Of a stretch of 64,000 nucleotides of DNA, positions 48,307 to 60,310 are shown one piece after another; the first letter of the stretch is position 1; each line of letters starts with the position of its first letter. The notes under the pieces are model-generated. The model ran no database searches. It was not told the DNA's origin and worked only from the letters and a program-made list of their open reading frames with translations. The DNA comes from Lytechinus pictus (lineage: Eukaryota). The translations under genes were made by a program, and so were the position numbers. Location: contig NC_087262.1 in the NCBI RefSeq assembly GCF_037042905.1, positions 22,940,001 through 23,004,000 on the forward strand, in the 5' to 3' direction.

Positions 48307-50607
48307 TCAATCTAATCTACCTTTCTTATTATGACGTCATCATGATGGTGCTAATCCGATGTAATGTAGCACGACTTAATAGCAGTGTATTCCAAACAGC
48401 TTAGAACGAACACCTTGACTGTAAATTAAAGAAAACGTGTTTGGTACAATGATGCTAGTAATGAGGTATCTCAGAGAAACTGAACACAAGGCCTGTGGCT
48501 TTGTGTTAATCATTAAAAGGATCGAGTGTCATATTTGCTACTACTTAATTTTAGCATTAACTATTGACTACACTAAACGAAACAACATGTATACAGTTTA
48601 TACAGCCTGGCTTACTTTCCGCATAAACGTGCGATTGTTCTTTAAAAGTATAATGAGTGTTTGAACAAATATATCAAATTTAGTACATAATTTCAACTTT
48701 TAAGCAATAAATATTAAAAATTTAATTTGCTTTTTAAATTTGCAATATTTTGTTTTAAACTTTAAACAATAACTGATCGGTTCACATATTAGACCAGGGG
48801 ATAATTTCATATAACTTGTTATAATAACAAATTTGTAATAAAGAGTTAAAAGCTAGTGAAATCCTTCAATCTGATTGGTTGATAGTGAACCTGTTATAGA
48901 AATTGTGCATTTGTTATTATACCAAGTTTTGAATGAAACGAGACTCGGCACTTGGGTTGTATAAGCGGTTTTTTCCCCCGAGTACTTCCTCGATTGGAAA
49001 AATGCTAATGTTTCATTTGATTAGATCTCGCATGGTTCCCCATTAATTTTATATGACTCTTTGGAGCCTCTCACTGACAAATGCCGCTCATTGATACTAA
49101 ACGGGCAAGTTTTAAGACGATTAAAAAACATTAAGATAATAGCCAAGCGAAGCATTCCTTACTGGAAATGGGTAGCACATTTTGAAAGCTACACATTTTG
49201 AAAGCATACACTCTGCCCAAAATTTGAATATTCTGTGTTCGGCTTTGAATGCTAATGATGTGACAAAATGAGAGACAAAGAGCATGAAATTGGAACTTAG
49301 AATATCTGACCTGTTGCCATGGTTTCTAATTACTTTATCATAATGTAATGCCGTTTGTTCATTTCTAGAATTAATCTTGTTTTTATGAGGTGTTGGCCAT
49401 TATAAACGGAACATTACAGTACTCGGGTATTCCATCAAAGTAGCCTTTTTTTAAGCAACTTCTTTCTGTTGCATTTTATCAGAAAGTTATTGTGTAATTG
49501 AATTACCAGATGAATGTTGACTGATAGTAGTAACACTTGAAGTCAGCTTTGCAATCGAATTAATGTCTTCCAAATAATTAGGTTGTTAAGATTTATTAAT
49601 CATCAAAGTATTATGTTCTTCTACTTCTTCTGGTGGCAATGTATCTAATAATATTGTTCTAATTATTTTATTGTATTTTAAAAGATATCTCTTTTTTATA
49701 TAGAATATGCATTAATGTTTCTGTCGCTAATTTGCAATTTACAGGGTATACATTGTTATTTTGTTTTTCTTGGCTTATAATCCATGCATAAAGATATCGA
49801 TGAAGTGAAAGATCGACGATTTCGCACAATACATGTATTTCAAGAAATAATATATCACTGTGGCGTTAAATAGGAATCTTACAATTCTGTTTTTTTTTGT
49901 CGTTAATGCCTTTTTTTTTTGCTTTGATAATGAACCATGCAAAAAGAATTACCTTTTCTCTAAAATCATATCGATAACGATAAAAATCGACGATTCCGCA
50001 CATTTCAAAATTATATCACCATTGCGTCAAATAGGAATAGTACAATTTTCATTTTTTGTTTCTTTCCTGATTTTTATGTCAAACCTTTATCCCTCATACA
50101 CGGTGCCAGTTACACAAAGAGTATACGTTTAAACGCAAGTCCAAATATCAATCGCATATCTCGAATGCGTGCTTTTGATTGGTTGTAGAGTAAATTACGT
50201 TTGATTTAAGATTTGTGCTTGATTGCCACTCGTTCTGCAACCACGGGCCCCTGAAAACCAAGAATATTTGTATTCTACTCCCAGGTTCTACCGATCAATG
50301 CAAGCGGGTAGTTTATCAGTAAAACATAGGTTTGCGAAATTGTTAATCGTATGAGAATGTCGGATATATTTTGTTGTTCGAGTAGTTTAAGGATACTTTC
50401 TTCCCCTTTTGCGTAGCTTTATGATGGTTTAATAGTTCTACAGCTGTACAGTGTGTGGTAAATAATACGACAAATGAATGACATCTATTATACATTTTAT
50501 AAATCTTTATAAAGAAGAATAATGATTAAATATATATTTTTGCAGTTGTGATAACATTTACTACATGTGTCTATGGAATGGGTATCAATATTGAAGCAAA
50601 TATTTAT

Positions 50608-50685
50608 AATAAAATCTTGTTACTTTTAATAAAGACGAGTAAAAATGTCTGATCATTTTGTTTTAGATATACATGTAGTTTTATT
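50608..50685. terminator. Convergent polyadenylation signals
   Basis: AATAAA on + at 50608 and 50628 and on - at 50685-50680, between the convergent ACSL and uncharacterised genes. Confidence 0.4.
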
Positions 50686-51423
50686 GAAACAAAACGAAGG
50701 ATGACAACGGACAAAATTATTCCATTAAAATCTATCGCAATATGGAATCCTAGTTTCTTCTTGGAAAATCGGAATGTGATACCATAATCAAGTTGTCAAA
50801 CGATTGCAAAATTTCTACAGAAATCCATATTAATTTAATGAAAACGAAATCTGGAAATGGATTTCAACTAACCAGTGCATGACCTTTGAAGGAGGGTGCT
50901 ACCATCACTGAATTACTTTAACGGGGTGCATTTTGTTGGTCTCGTAACGAAGAATTGCGAATTTCCAAGACTTATTCTCTTAACGAGTTCCTCGTTCATG
51001 TAGATCCAAACGCTAATGATTAGCAAATAATCTCATTCATATTCAGAAAAAGTAGATAAAAGGCATATAGTAAACACACAGTAAAAAATGCGCATTGTGA
51101 GTGTATTCACTGTAAAATGTTGTTCATAATGGAATTAACCTCGTTTTTTACTGAGAGGTTCAGTTCAAGAAGTGTAAGCATTGCAAATACCATGAATACA
51201 GGCTTGTGTTCTTTGTTCCTGGACGTATCGCAACGTGTACATATTTGATAAGACCATGTATGTTTTTTTTTAATATTCTAGTTGGAAATTATAAGAGCAA
51301 TTCTTACGATACCTCATCAGAAAGTGTGAGGTCTGAATAAAAGTCTATCAAAACAGTACCAAACTAGATGTCTTGATTATAAGCAATACTCCAATATAGA
51401 CCTACTAAAGTTCGTTTGTCTGA

Positions 51424-52480
51424 TTATAGAGGTTTTCGAAGCAGCTTCAAAAACTGTACAACATCGGATGCTTTCCTCCTCATCTTCGCCATCGCAGGAG
51501 ATTTGTTGCTTGCTCTTTTTCGAGTAACAGAATCAGCCGATCCTCTGTTGTAATAAAGATGTGTTGGGACTCCACCGGTGTAACTCATTGGGACTTCCGG
51601 CTTTTCTAAGGAACTGGTGCCATTGTTACCGTCACCGTTAGCAGCACCCGCCTTTGGTCTGACACTGGTGCCCTTGTCATTGACCGAGTCCTTGTCGTAC
51701 CGAAAATGATTTGGATGGAAGTTTTCTTTTTCCGTTAAAAGCGGCGAGGATTCGATTTTCTGTTGCTGCTTTTCCATTGATCCCCGGCTCTTCTTAATTA
51801 GCTTTTTGTTTGAGGTTTTCTTGAAGGTCTCTCTCGTCATCGTGTTCTGTTCAACTTCAGACAACACATAGTTTGCACCTTGAGGGCGCCTTCGGGTGTC
51901 TTCGTGCTCGGTTCGGACTTCGGTTGATGTTGCTGCAGCTGTGCATGACTGCGTCTTACGATAGGCGCCAAAGCTGCATTCTGCTTCGAGATCAGCACCC
52001 CACCTCGAAGTGGCGGGAGAAGCCGAAACAGATAAGCGCGGTGATTGGTCGAAGTAGTTCTCACGTGACAAACATCGCCCAACGCTCACCCAATCATTGA
52101 TGGAAATATCTGATAAGCTATTGCCGCAGACATTTGTGTTAGTGACCGAATGAATTCCAGAATTTTTCTCCACACGACTTAAGAAACTGTCAGTGTTTGC
52201 CATTGTATACGAGCTTGGTTCACCAGAAACACATCCACTCACAGTATCTTTGTCTTCTCCCTTTATATCTGACTGATCGGTTGGTTCTGATCCGTACTTC
52301 GAGAATAGTTGACTCTTGAAAGTGGCGAGGTAGTCCGAAAGTATCTCCAATACCTTTCTACGAATACGTTGCATATAACCTTCTTCGTCATCAATTTTCG
52401 GATCTTCTAGATTCTCTGTAAGGCTTTGGTTAATCTTTGAATGTCGAGCACATGGACACCAGCTCTCCTCGAGCAATTTC
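51424..52480 (-). CDS. Terminal exon of an uncharacterised protein
   Basis: 350-codon ORF with raised GC in AT-rich DNA; acceptor TTCTACAG at 52481; phase matches the upstream exon (AG/G = Arg). Confidence 0.8.
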
Positions 52481-52912
52481 CTGTAGAAGTAATTTCAGAA
52501 ACATCAGGAGATGATGATTAAACAAAATTTAGTTCCACGTATGAAAGTGAAAAGGGTGGAGAGCCTATGTAGTAGCATGTTCTACACTTCTACTATGATG
52601 ACATATATCACTACGAAATGCGTCCCTATGTCCTCTTTGAAAGGAACATAAAAGGGAAAGAAATAAAGCGAAGAAACCAATTCATCATTGTTCATTAAAC
52701 TAAGAGAGAGAGATGAAAAACTAAAAAAATGTAATGGAAATACCAATTTTGCATTTGCTTTCAAAATTGTATTTGAAAAGGCAAATTATTAGTTCAGGGC
52801 TTCAGGCCAAGTTAATACATATACAGGTAAGAAAACACAGACCATTTTTAGCATTATTTTAACACTGTATAACAAATCGTTTGAAATCACGTGCAAACAT
52901 TCAGTGTTATAC

Positions 52913-53036
52913 CTGTAAATATGATCGCAGAGTTTATCTATGAGAGCGTTGACGTCGTCTTTAGTTCCAAATGGCTCGCCGCTCTGTGCTCTCTGGAATA
53001 TATCAGCTACCTGATCTTCCAAGTTCAGTCTATTAT
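52913..53036 (-). CDS. Internal exon of the same uncharacterised protein
   Basis: Polypyrimidine tract and TTCAG acceptor; NRLNLEDQVADIFQRAQSGEPFGTKDDVNALIDKLCDHIY(R); donor AG/GTATAA. Confidence 0.72.
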
Positions 53037-53966
53037 CTGAATTTTTAAGAAATTTAAGAGAGAAATAAAAATGGACTAAAGGGGTTCACTGCAACCCCCC
53101 CCCCCATAGAAATATATAAATTAACAATATTAATAAATAAATGATAATAATTAAAGTAATAATAATGATGATGGTGATGTTGATGGTGATGATGTTGATA
53201 ACAATAATAATGATAATAATAATATTGATAATGATGATGTTAATAATAATATTAATATCAATAGAAGTAAAAGGGCAGATGACTTGTCCAGAAACGTTAC
53301 ATCGTTTTCGATAAGTTTAAGAAAAAATCAAGAATGATAGCAATCAGATTTTAAATATTAATTTGTCCTATAACATTGAAACGATTTCTATATAGCTTTC
53401 GGCGCTTTAAGAATACTTTATGATTACCCCAGTCATCGGATTGTGGCTCGCCAGCACACAAAGTAGGGTCCTATGCACATTCCCCACTCCCTGGTGAGTA
53501 TTCAAACAAGAGTTTTCATGCTCAATATTCTAGTCATCCCGAGTACATTTGTTGTCGCATCCTATCGGACTGGGTACACAATTCTATTTAAGCTTTTAGC
53601 ACTTTTTAGCAAAGTTATGAAAAAAAACGTTTTATCTACCAAATATAGTTTCGCGCTTATCTATTCTTCTGGCAGAGAAATCCTGTCTTCAATCTCAAAC
53701 ATTTCTTTAATCAGCAAATAATAATTAAATGATTAGATCAATTTGCTTACATTACATTAACACGGGTAAATGTATATCACCAAATAAACTTATGATAAAA
53801 ACTACACTGTTCTACAGAAATTCCCCTACGGGGTTGTATGGCTATTATTACCCGACTATATATATTTGAGTCCCATCTTATGTGCTTTATCAAAATGAAA
53901 TAGAAAATAATTTGCGTTGACCTGAAATATTTCTTACAGAGTTGATTTTAACTCGAAGTGCCTTAC

Positions 53967-53991
53967 CTCTTTCTCCACTGTCATTGGACAT
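53967..53991 (-). CDS. Probable first coding exon (MSNDSGER) of the uncharacterised protein
   Basis: ATG at 53991 with an in-frame TAA further upstream; donor AG/GTAAGG in phase 1 matches the next exon. An alternative acceptor at 54067 could make it an internal exon. Confidence 0.5.
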
Positions 53992-54139
53992 AATTCTATA
54001 TTTTATTTGATCTCCGAGTACATTTTCCCTTGCCGGAAGAATATTGATACATTTTACAAGAGCATTCTGGAAACAAAATCTGGAATCTAAGTTTACCCTT
54101 CCTTAAATATTTCTAAGACTCGGCCTTAATCCTGCAAAG

Positions 54140-54350
54140 TATGTGACGTATATGATTCATCGTTTATACAGAATTACGTAAAGACATTTATTTGCAATGG
54201 ACCTGTTGCTAGGAACTGCGCAAAAAATATTTTCGGCCTATATCTGCGCAGTATGCGCCATCATATGTGTGACGTCACAATGGATGATGTCATTCTTGCG
54301 CGTGCGCACTAATCACCGATAGAGATCGATCGTGATCGATGAAAAGGTTT
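54140..54350 (-). promoter_or_regulatory. Candidate promoter of the minus-strand gene
   Basis: Locally CpG-rich; perfect CRE TGACGTCA (about 54270), a second TGACGT and several TGCGCA motifs just upstream of the first exon. Confidence 0.35.
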
Positions 54351-55070
54351 GAACTTTGAACTGTACGATGAGCTCTTATTATGAGAGAGATCGAGAGAGA
54401 AAAAAATATTGTAATGGTGGCAAAGTTTATAATTCCCAACACTGGCGGTACAGATGGGGGGGGGGGGGGGTGATGGGGCGCATGGACCCCCAAAAAAATC
54501 ATGACAAAGGGAAAAAGGAGAAAAAGGAAGAAAAAGAAATGTTGAAATAATGATACAGTATGACTTTATGAATATTATGTCAAAATCTATCACAAAATTT
54601 GATTTCTGTATCCCAAAGGCAAAAATTTTGCTCGCTCGCAACTTTTTAAAAATTTGTGGCTTATCACGCCGCTGCTTCCTAAGAATTCTTATTCTCTTCG
54701 ATTCCCCATCTTATTGTTAGGATTGATTAATAGAAAGGCCTTAATTGTTTCAAGATTATGTGCCATACTTTTAGAAAGCATTAGTAATGTGGAAAAAAAC
54801 TTAAGGGCCCCTTTTTTTGCAATATGAAAAAGAAATCGACATTTTCGTAACGTAATTAATTCTGAAAATTAAGTAATATGCAAAATAAGCACTGGTGTTG
54901 AAGATTAAAATATGTTTTTTCCTCATTAAAATGCATTTCCATGGAAAATGAATGCTTTAGTGCCCCCTGTAAAATATAAAACTATTGATATACCAGTGCT
55001 TTTATATTTAAATTAAAAACGACGCAGAAATATCTTTCTAAATGTTTAGCTTTCACTCAGTGGAAATAAA

Positions 55071-55474
55071 GGTTTATTTCCAATCGGTCTAATGACAATT
55101 CGTCCACTTACCAACTCGTCTTGGTCCACCATCATTCTGTTCGTCCACTATCCACATGGTCTAATTGCCATTTCGTCCACTCACCATTTCGTCTAATAAC
55201 CAGTTGGTCCAATAGCCACCCAGTCCATATACCATTTGGTTTAATTGAATCCAGTGTTAATTTGGTAAAATGATTGAAATGAAATGGGTATTAGACCAAC
55301 TGGTTACAAGACGAAATGGTCATAGACGAACTGGTGATAAGACGAAGTGATGATTGGACTAAAAGGTTATTGGACCAAATGGTTGTTAGACGAAGTGTTG
55401 ATGGACGGAATGGCATTAGACTAAATGAAGGTAGACCATGTGATGAGTTGGCAGTAGACGAATTGGCAATTTAC
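55071..55474. mobile_element. Foldback-like palindromic element built from short tandem units
   Basis: Left-arm units CGTCCAC/GGTCTAAT are mirrored by right-arm units ATTAGACC/AGACGAA; ends GGTTTATTTCCAAT / ATTGGCAATTTACC. Confidence 0.75.
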
Positions 55475-56641
55475 CGAAATAAATGTTTCATTCGGAACTA
55501 TCCGAAATAGCGCCACTTTTTCCTTAAGAGTTAATCCGGAAAATATGTATTATTTCAAATTGCGATCGGCGGTAAAGTGAGGAGGTCAGAATAAAATTCA
55601 AATATAAAAAGATGCCATACTCATGAATGTCAATTGTGATTGTATGATCTTTTTGTATTCAATTGGATCACTTTTTTTTCCTCCCCCCCCCTTTTTTTTT
55701 TTTGGGGGGGGGGACTTACTTGAAAAATCATAATAGAGACTTCCCGACCTATGGCCGGCGGGTGCCTTCTCAAACTGATTTCTTTATTTATTTCATTTTT
55801 AATTTTTTTTCTGAATGTTTTTTGCCTTATTTCTAATTCTAATCATTAGTGTAAATAAATTTCAATGGAGATCCCATCTTGTATATAGCAAAAGAAGAAT
55901 ACTATGAGATGTATTTATTATACTTTTCAGGATTTTACCATTTTATATCTATTTTTATGAACACTCACTTGTTGTCACCCTAAATGAAACGATAATCAGA
56001 AAATAACACGGACCAGCGTTTCATTTTCTTGTTATTTTTATTAAGTGAAGGTCAACCCGGAAAGCCGGTTATTGATAATGATAGGCTGGGAATGACAATT
56101 TGTATTTACTGGTTATTTCAAACTTCCGCTGCCAGTAGCGTTACACAAGTGGCCATCTGGTTATTTTGATATTTTAAATTAATCCAATTTAACACAACAA
56201 TGGATATATGACTGATAGTGTTCGAAGTAGGTACAAACCACGTACATAAACCCTTATCATTTTTTATTGATTATGTTACTCGTTTCGTTTCCCTTATCTA
56301 GTATTTGAAATGAAAATTCAACATTGAAAATCCATGGGTGGATATCCCTGGAGCCCCCATCGTATTTGATTTTTTTACAGCAACTATTGAGAGAGGTAGT
56401 CTCGTTACCCCCTAATCTAAAGTGACGAGAAATCTCTAGTTTAATCCTATGGTACAATCCCATCCACCGCATATTCTACACCCCCTGCCACCTCGTCAAA
56501 TTGCATGCAGCTATCTATAGCTGGCGCTCTATCAACGTAAGTTTGCCTGCCAGAAAAAGTTGTCTGCTGCTTGTTGCATGGAAGCCCAAGATATGTGTGT
56601 TTTATTCCTGTCAAATCACCTCTCCAAAAGCTTGTTTTAAG

Positions 56642-56702
56642 ATGAAACCGTTACATTTCTTGTGCCGAATTATAATTGGATATACCATAGGAGTCACTTC
56701 AG
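56642..56702 (+). CDS. Possible first exon encoding a signal-peptide-like sequence of a gene continuing downstream
   Basis: AAGATG; MKPLHFLCRIIIGYTIGVTS followed by a perfect donor CAG/GTAAGT in phase 1; no downstream exon identified in the window. Confidence 0.3.
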
Positions 56703-57199
56703 GTAAGTGGAATATTGTAAGTTAAGTTATTTTCAGTTAAAAGTATGAGTAATGTAAGGACGTGTGCTCAGTCTTTCGAACGCTTATTGCGTGAGCCGCT
56801 CCCCTGATCTTTCGGCAGGAATATTTTAGGAATCGCCTATGACTCTGGCGGGTCCTCGGATGGAAAACGACTCGGATATGCATATGGATGGCCGCGGTAA
56901 TTGCGATTTGTCATATTCCATTTAGGAAGCCGTACAAAAATACAGTATGTTAAGTGTTTAGCAGAGAAGAATACAAGAGAGAGAGAGGGGTTGAATTTAG
57001 ACCAAAGACAAAGTTAGGTTTCGGGGTTTTCGCCAGTGGCAGGGCCATTATTAGACCCCCCCCCTCCAAACAGACAGATTTTGGCTGTTATAGGTTGGAT
57101 ATTTGGAGTATTACTAGGGTAATAATTGTTATGACTGATGATGGTAATCTGAGGTAATGGTGGTCCAGAAACTAGAATTTAGGTCCTGTGTGGTGGTTG

Positions 57200-57204
57200 C
57201 GTGG

Positions 57205-57235
<31 letters not shown>

Positions 57236-57641
57236 AATATGATGGTGATGATAATATGATGGTGATGATGATGATATGATGGTGATGATGATGATGAATA
57301 TGATGATGATGATGATAATGATGATGTTGGTGATTAGTATGATGATGATGATGGTGTTGGTGATTAGTATGATGATGAATATGATGGCGATGGTGATGTT
57401 TGTGATGGTGATGGGGATGATGATCATAATGATCATGATGATGATTACGATTGTGATGATCATGATGATCATGATGATGTTAATGATGGTGTTGGTGATT
57501 AGTATGATTTGAATATGATGATGATGATGAATATGATGGTGATGATTGATGGTAATGGTGATGATGATCATAATGATCATGATGATTACGATTGTAATGA
57601 TCATGATGATCATGATAATGATGATAAAGATGATGATGATC
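57200..57641. repeat. (GAT)n microsatellite
   Basis: Degenerate GAT/GGT trinucleotide array. Confidence 0.95.
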
Positions 57642-57847
57642 AAAATTCAAAATCAAATTAAGCTTGAAAACTGGAAATGTAGATTATCAAGTTTCATAAT
57701 TCCTAAATTTGTAAAAAGATGGGGGGGGGGTATGTTTGATTATAGTGTCAAGTGCATCACAGGATGTTATGACTATTTAGGCATCCCCAGAAAGATCCTA
57801 AGATTAGGCAAAATCACTTTGTATAAAGCAAATTTATCCTTCTTCTG

Positions 57848-58003
57848 GGGCCCGTTTCATAAAGGACTTGCAACTGTTGTAACTTTGCCATTATGGCAAC
57901 TACCATGGTAACATGGCTCAACAGCCAATCAGGATCAAGGTTGCCATGGTAGTTGCCATAATGGCAAAGTTACAACAATTACAACTCTTTATGAAACTGA
58001 CCC
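57848..58003. mobile_element. Family H MITE
   Basis: CTG/GGGCCCGTTTCATAAAG...CTTTATGAAACTGACCC/CAG, palindromic around AGCCAATCAG. Confidence 0.82.
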
Positions 58004-60173
58004 CAGATCAGCTCTTTGCTGCAGAGCCTTATGATCTTCTGACAGGAAACACTTAAAAAATTGTTGATTTTTTTTTAATAAATAATAATGATAATAATAT
58101 AGGGTATTTATATTGCGCACATATCCACCTTGTTAGGTGCTCAAGGCGCTCCTATATTACCCGGCTAAGCTAGGCGTTCATAAACACAGAACACATAAAG
58201 AAAGTGATGAGGTAGTACATTGAATGAAAAGCATCTTTGCACAGTTATACACACTGTATCCGAAATTTACAAATGTGGACTGGAAAAGTGATAAAAGCTT
58301 TAGAAAGAGAGAAAATTAATAACAGTATACATAATGAGGGGATTTGTTTCACTTCCTTTTTATGAATTTTATTTTAGACAAAAAATTCCTACCATTATGT
58401 CACTTTAATGATAATCATGCCTTGTAGTTTTTCTGTGGAGCTGATTCAGCTTTTAAGGTACAGATACAGTATGTCAGTGATTGCATATTTTCTTTATGAA
58501 TTTTGCAATCCCATTTTATTTATTGATTTGAAGGCGGTCATGCAGGACTGCATCTTCTTCCAGTTAGAGGTCAACAAGTTCTGATTGCAGTTTGAGCGAT
58601 CTTACCCAGAATATAATCAATATGGAATGAGTGTTGTTTTTACCGGACATGGTTGTGAGTGGATAGATAGAAAGATGGAGTGAGAAAGATAGAGAGACAG
58701 GATGGGGGGGGGGGGTGCAGGGGTCATGATTTAATTACCTAAATATCTCAGTTATTCTTCTTTAGTTTTGATGGAAAAGATTAAGAGTTGTGGTTCTTTA
58801 TTTCCTTCATAGATGTGTACAGGCATAGATGCACTTTATTATTATCATTTACATTTTTTTTTCTATATTGAGGAGGCTCATGAGGGGGAGGGGGTAATTG
58901 TATGACATTTGGATTTATGTAGGAATGCACATTTACTTTTTATTATAGGCTTAGTACAAGATTAATTAAATTTCAAAGCTTAATTTAATTTCCATCAAGA
59001 AATTATTGTTAGGTTGACAATACAATTGAATAATATACCTATGTCAATCTACTCCCATTTTTTTCCATCTCACCAGCAGAGTTTTATTCTGTAATATTGT
59101 GAACCAGTGTGTACATATATTAAACAATAAATTCAAATTTGTCCACACAGATATTCTGTTTTATTCCACATGTTCAATATATTCTTTCATGCCTATGTTT
59201 TACTCAAAGGAAAATTTGACTCTCTGCATAATTAGGGCTGGCTGGAGTGGAGTCCATTTCACATGGTCATACTGAATGGCTAATCAAGTAATCGACCCCC
59301 TGGAATTTTAAATTATATTTCACTCCACCTAGAAAGTTATACTGAACCATGCAACTAAGCCAAGATAAAAATCCATTTAGAGGTCCTATTTTTAGACATA
59401 ATGGATGTTGTTGCGTACTCAGTCGATCTTTCTTGACCCAGCCTTTTCTGAATGACCCAGGTCAATCATTTGACCAAGCTACGATTCCACTATCAATGCA
59501 TGGACTCTGATATTAGTGGGCCAAACTCCTTGGACTATAATAATTCAGTTTTCATCAGGAAAGCTTTAAGAGCTGAATACTAAAAAGATGGAAATGTATT
59601 AATTTAGAAGAACTTCAGTGACCACCCTGATATCTGAATGATCATTTTAGTCACTCCAAATCAGTATTAAAAACTCAAAACACATTTCAATCCACTGCAC
59701 CCTGCATTCAATCTAATTGTTCATTTTCTCTCTGTGTCTACTCCCTCACCTTTGCGTTTTAAGCAGCGTATATTTCAAACAAAAATGGCTCTCAATTCTA
59801 CTCTCCTTCATAGAATAAAATTGTTTATTTTTTACACAAAGATAAGCTTTGCAAGGCATTGTAGGCTGATGCATTCAAACCTAATGCACAAAGCTTGGAG
59901 CTTATGTAAGTCTGTGGACTTGGACTAATGGAAACTCGGTCAAAACATATATTCTAACGATCCATCATCAGCTCTATAGGCTCTATAGTGATGTAGTCCC
60001 TCACCTCACATTGACCCTGCGATTTGGAGGAGTGCCCAAGTTTGTAATTGTAGAATTATTCCCACTCCACAAGACATCCATGAGAATAGCAAACAAGGCT
60101 TTGAATTTCACCATGTACATTGAAACCCTTTCCCTTGATGTTATGATTGAATCAAGAAAATAAGATGACACAG

Positions 60174-60310
60174 GGGAGCATTTCATGAAACAGGTAGTCA
60201 GTGATTTCCACAGAAAAGTTGTTATAAGCTACTGAAATCACTGAATCTGATTGGCTCCCTGCAAATTTCCTCATTGAAAATCACTGGCAAAATGCTTCTT
60301 GAAACCCTCC
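60174..60310. mobile_element. Family H MITE (inverted relative to the 14344 copy)
   Basis: CAG/GGGAGCATTTCATGAAA...CTGATTGGCT...TTGAAACCCTCC/CTG. Confidence 0.7.

Noticed and set aside
55071-55474. Short regularly spaced repeats as CRISPR
   Set aside because: Degenerate units arranged as an inverted palindrome, typical of a foldback MITE
57179-57911. Ile/Met-rich ORFs
   Set aside because: Translations of a (GAT)n microsatellite
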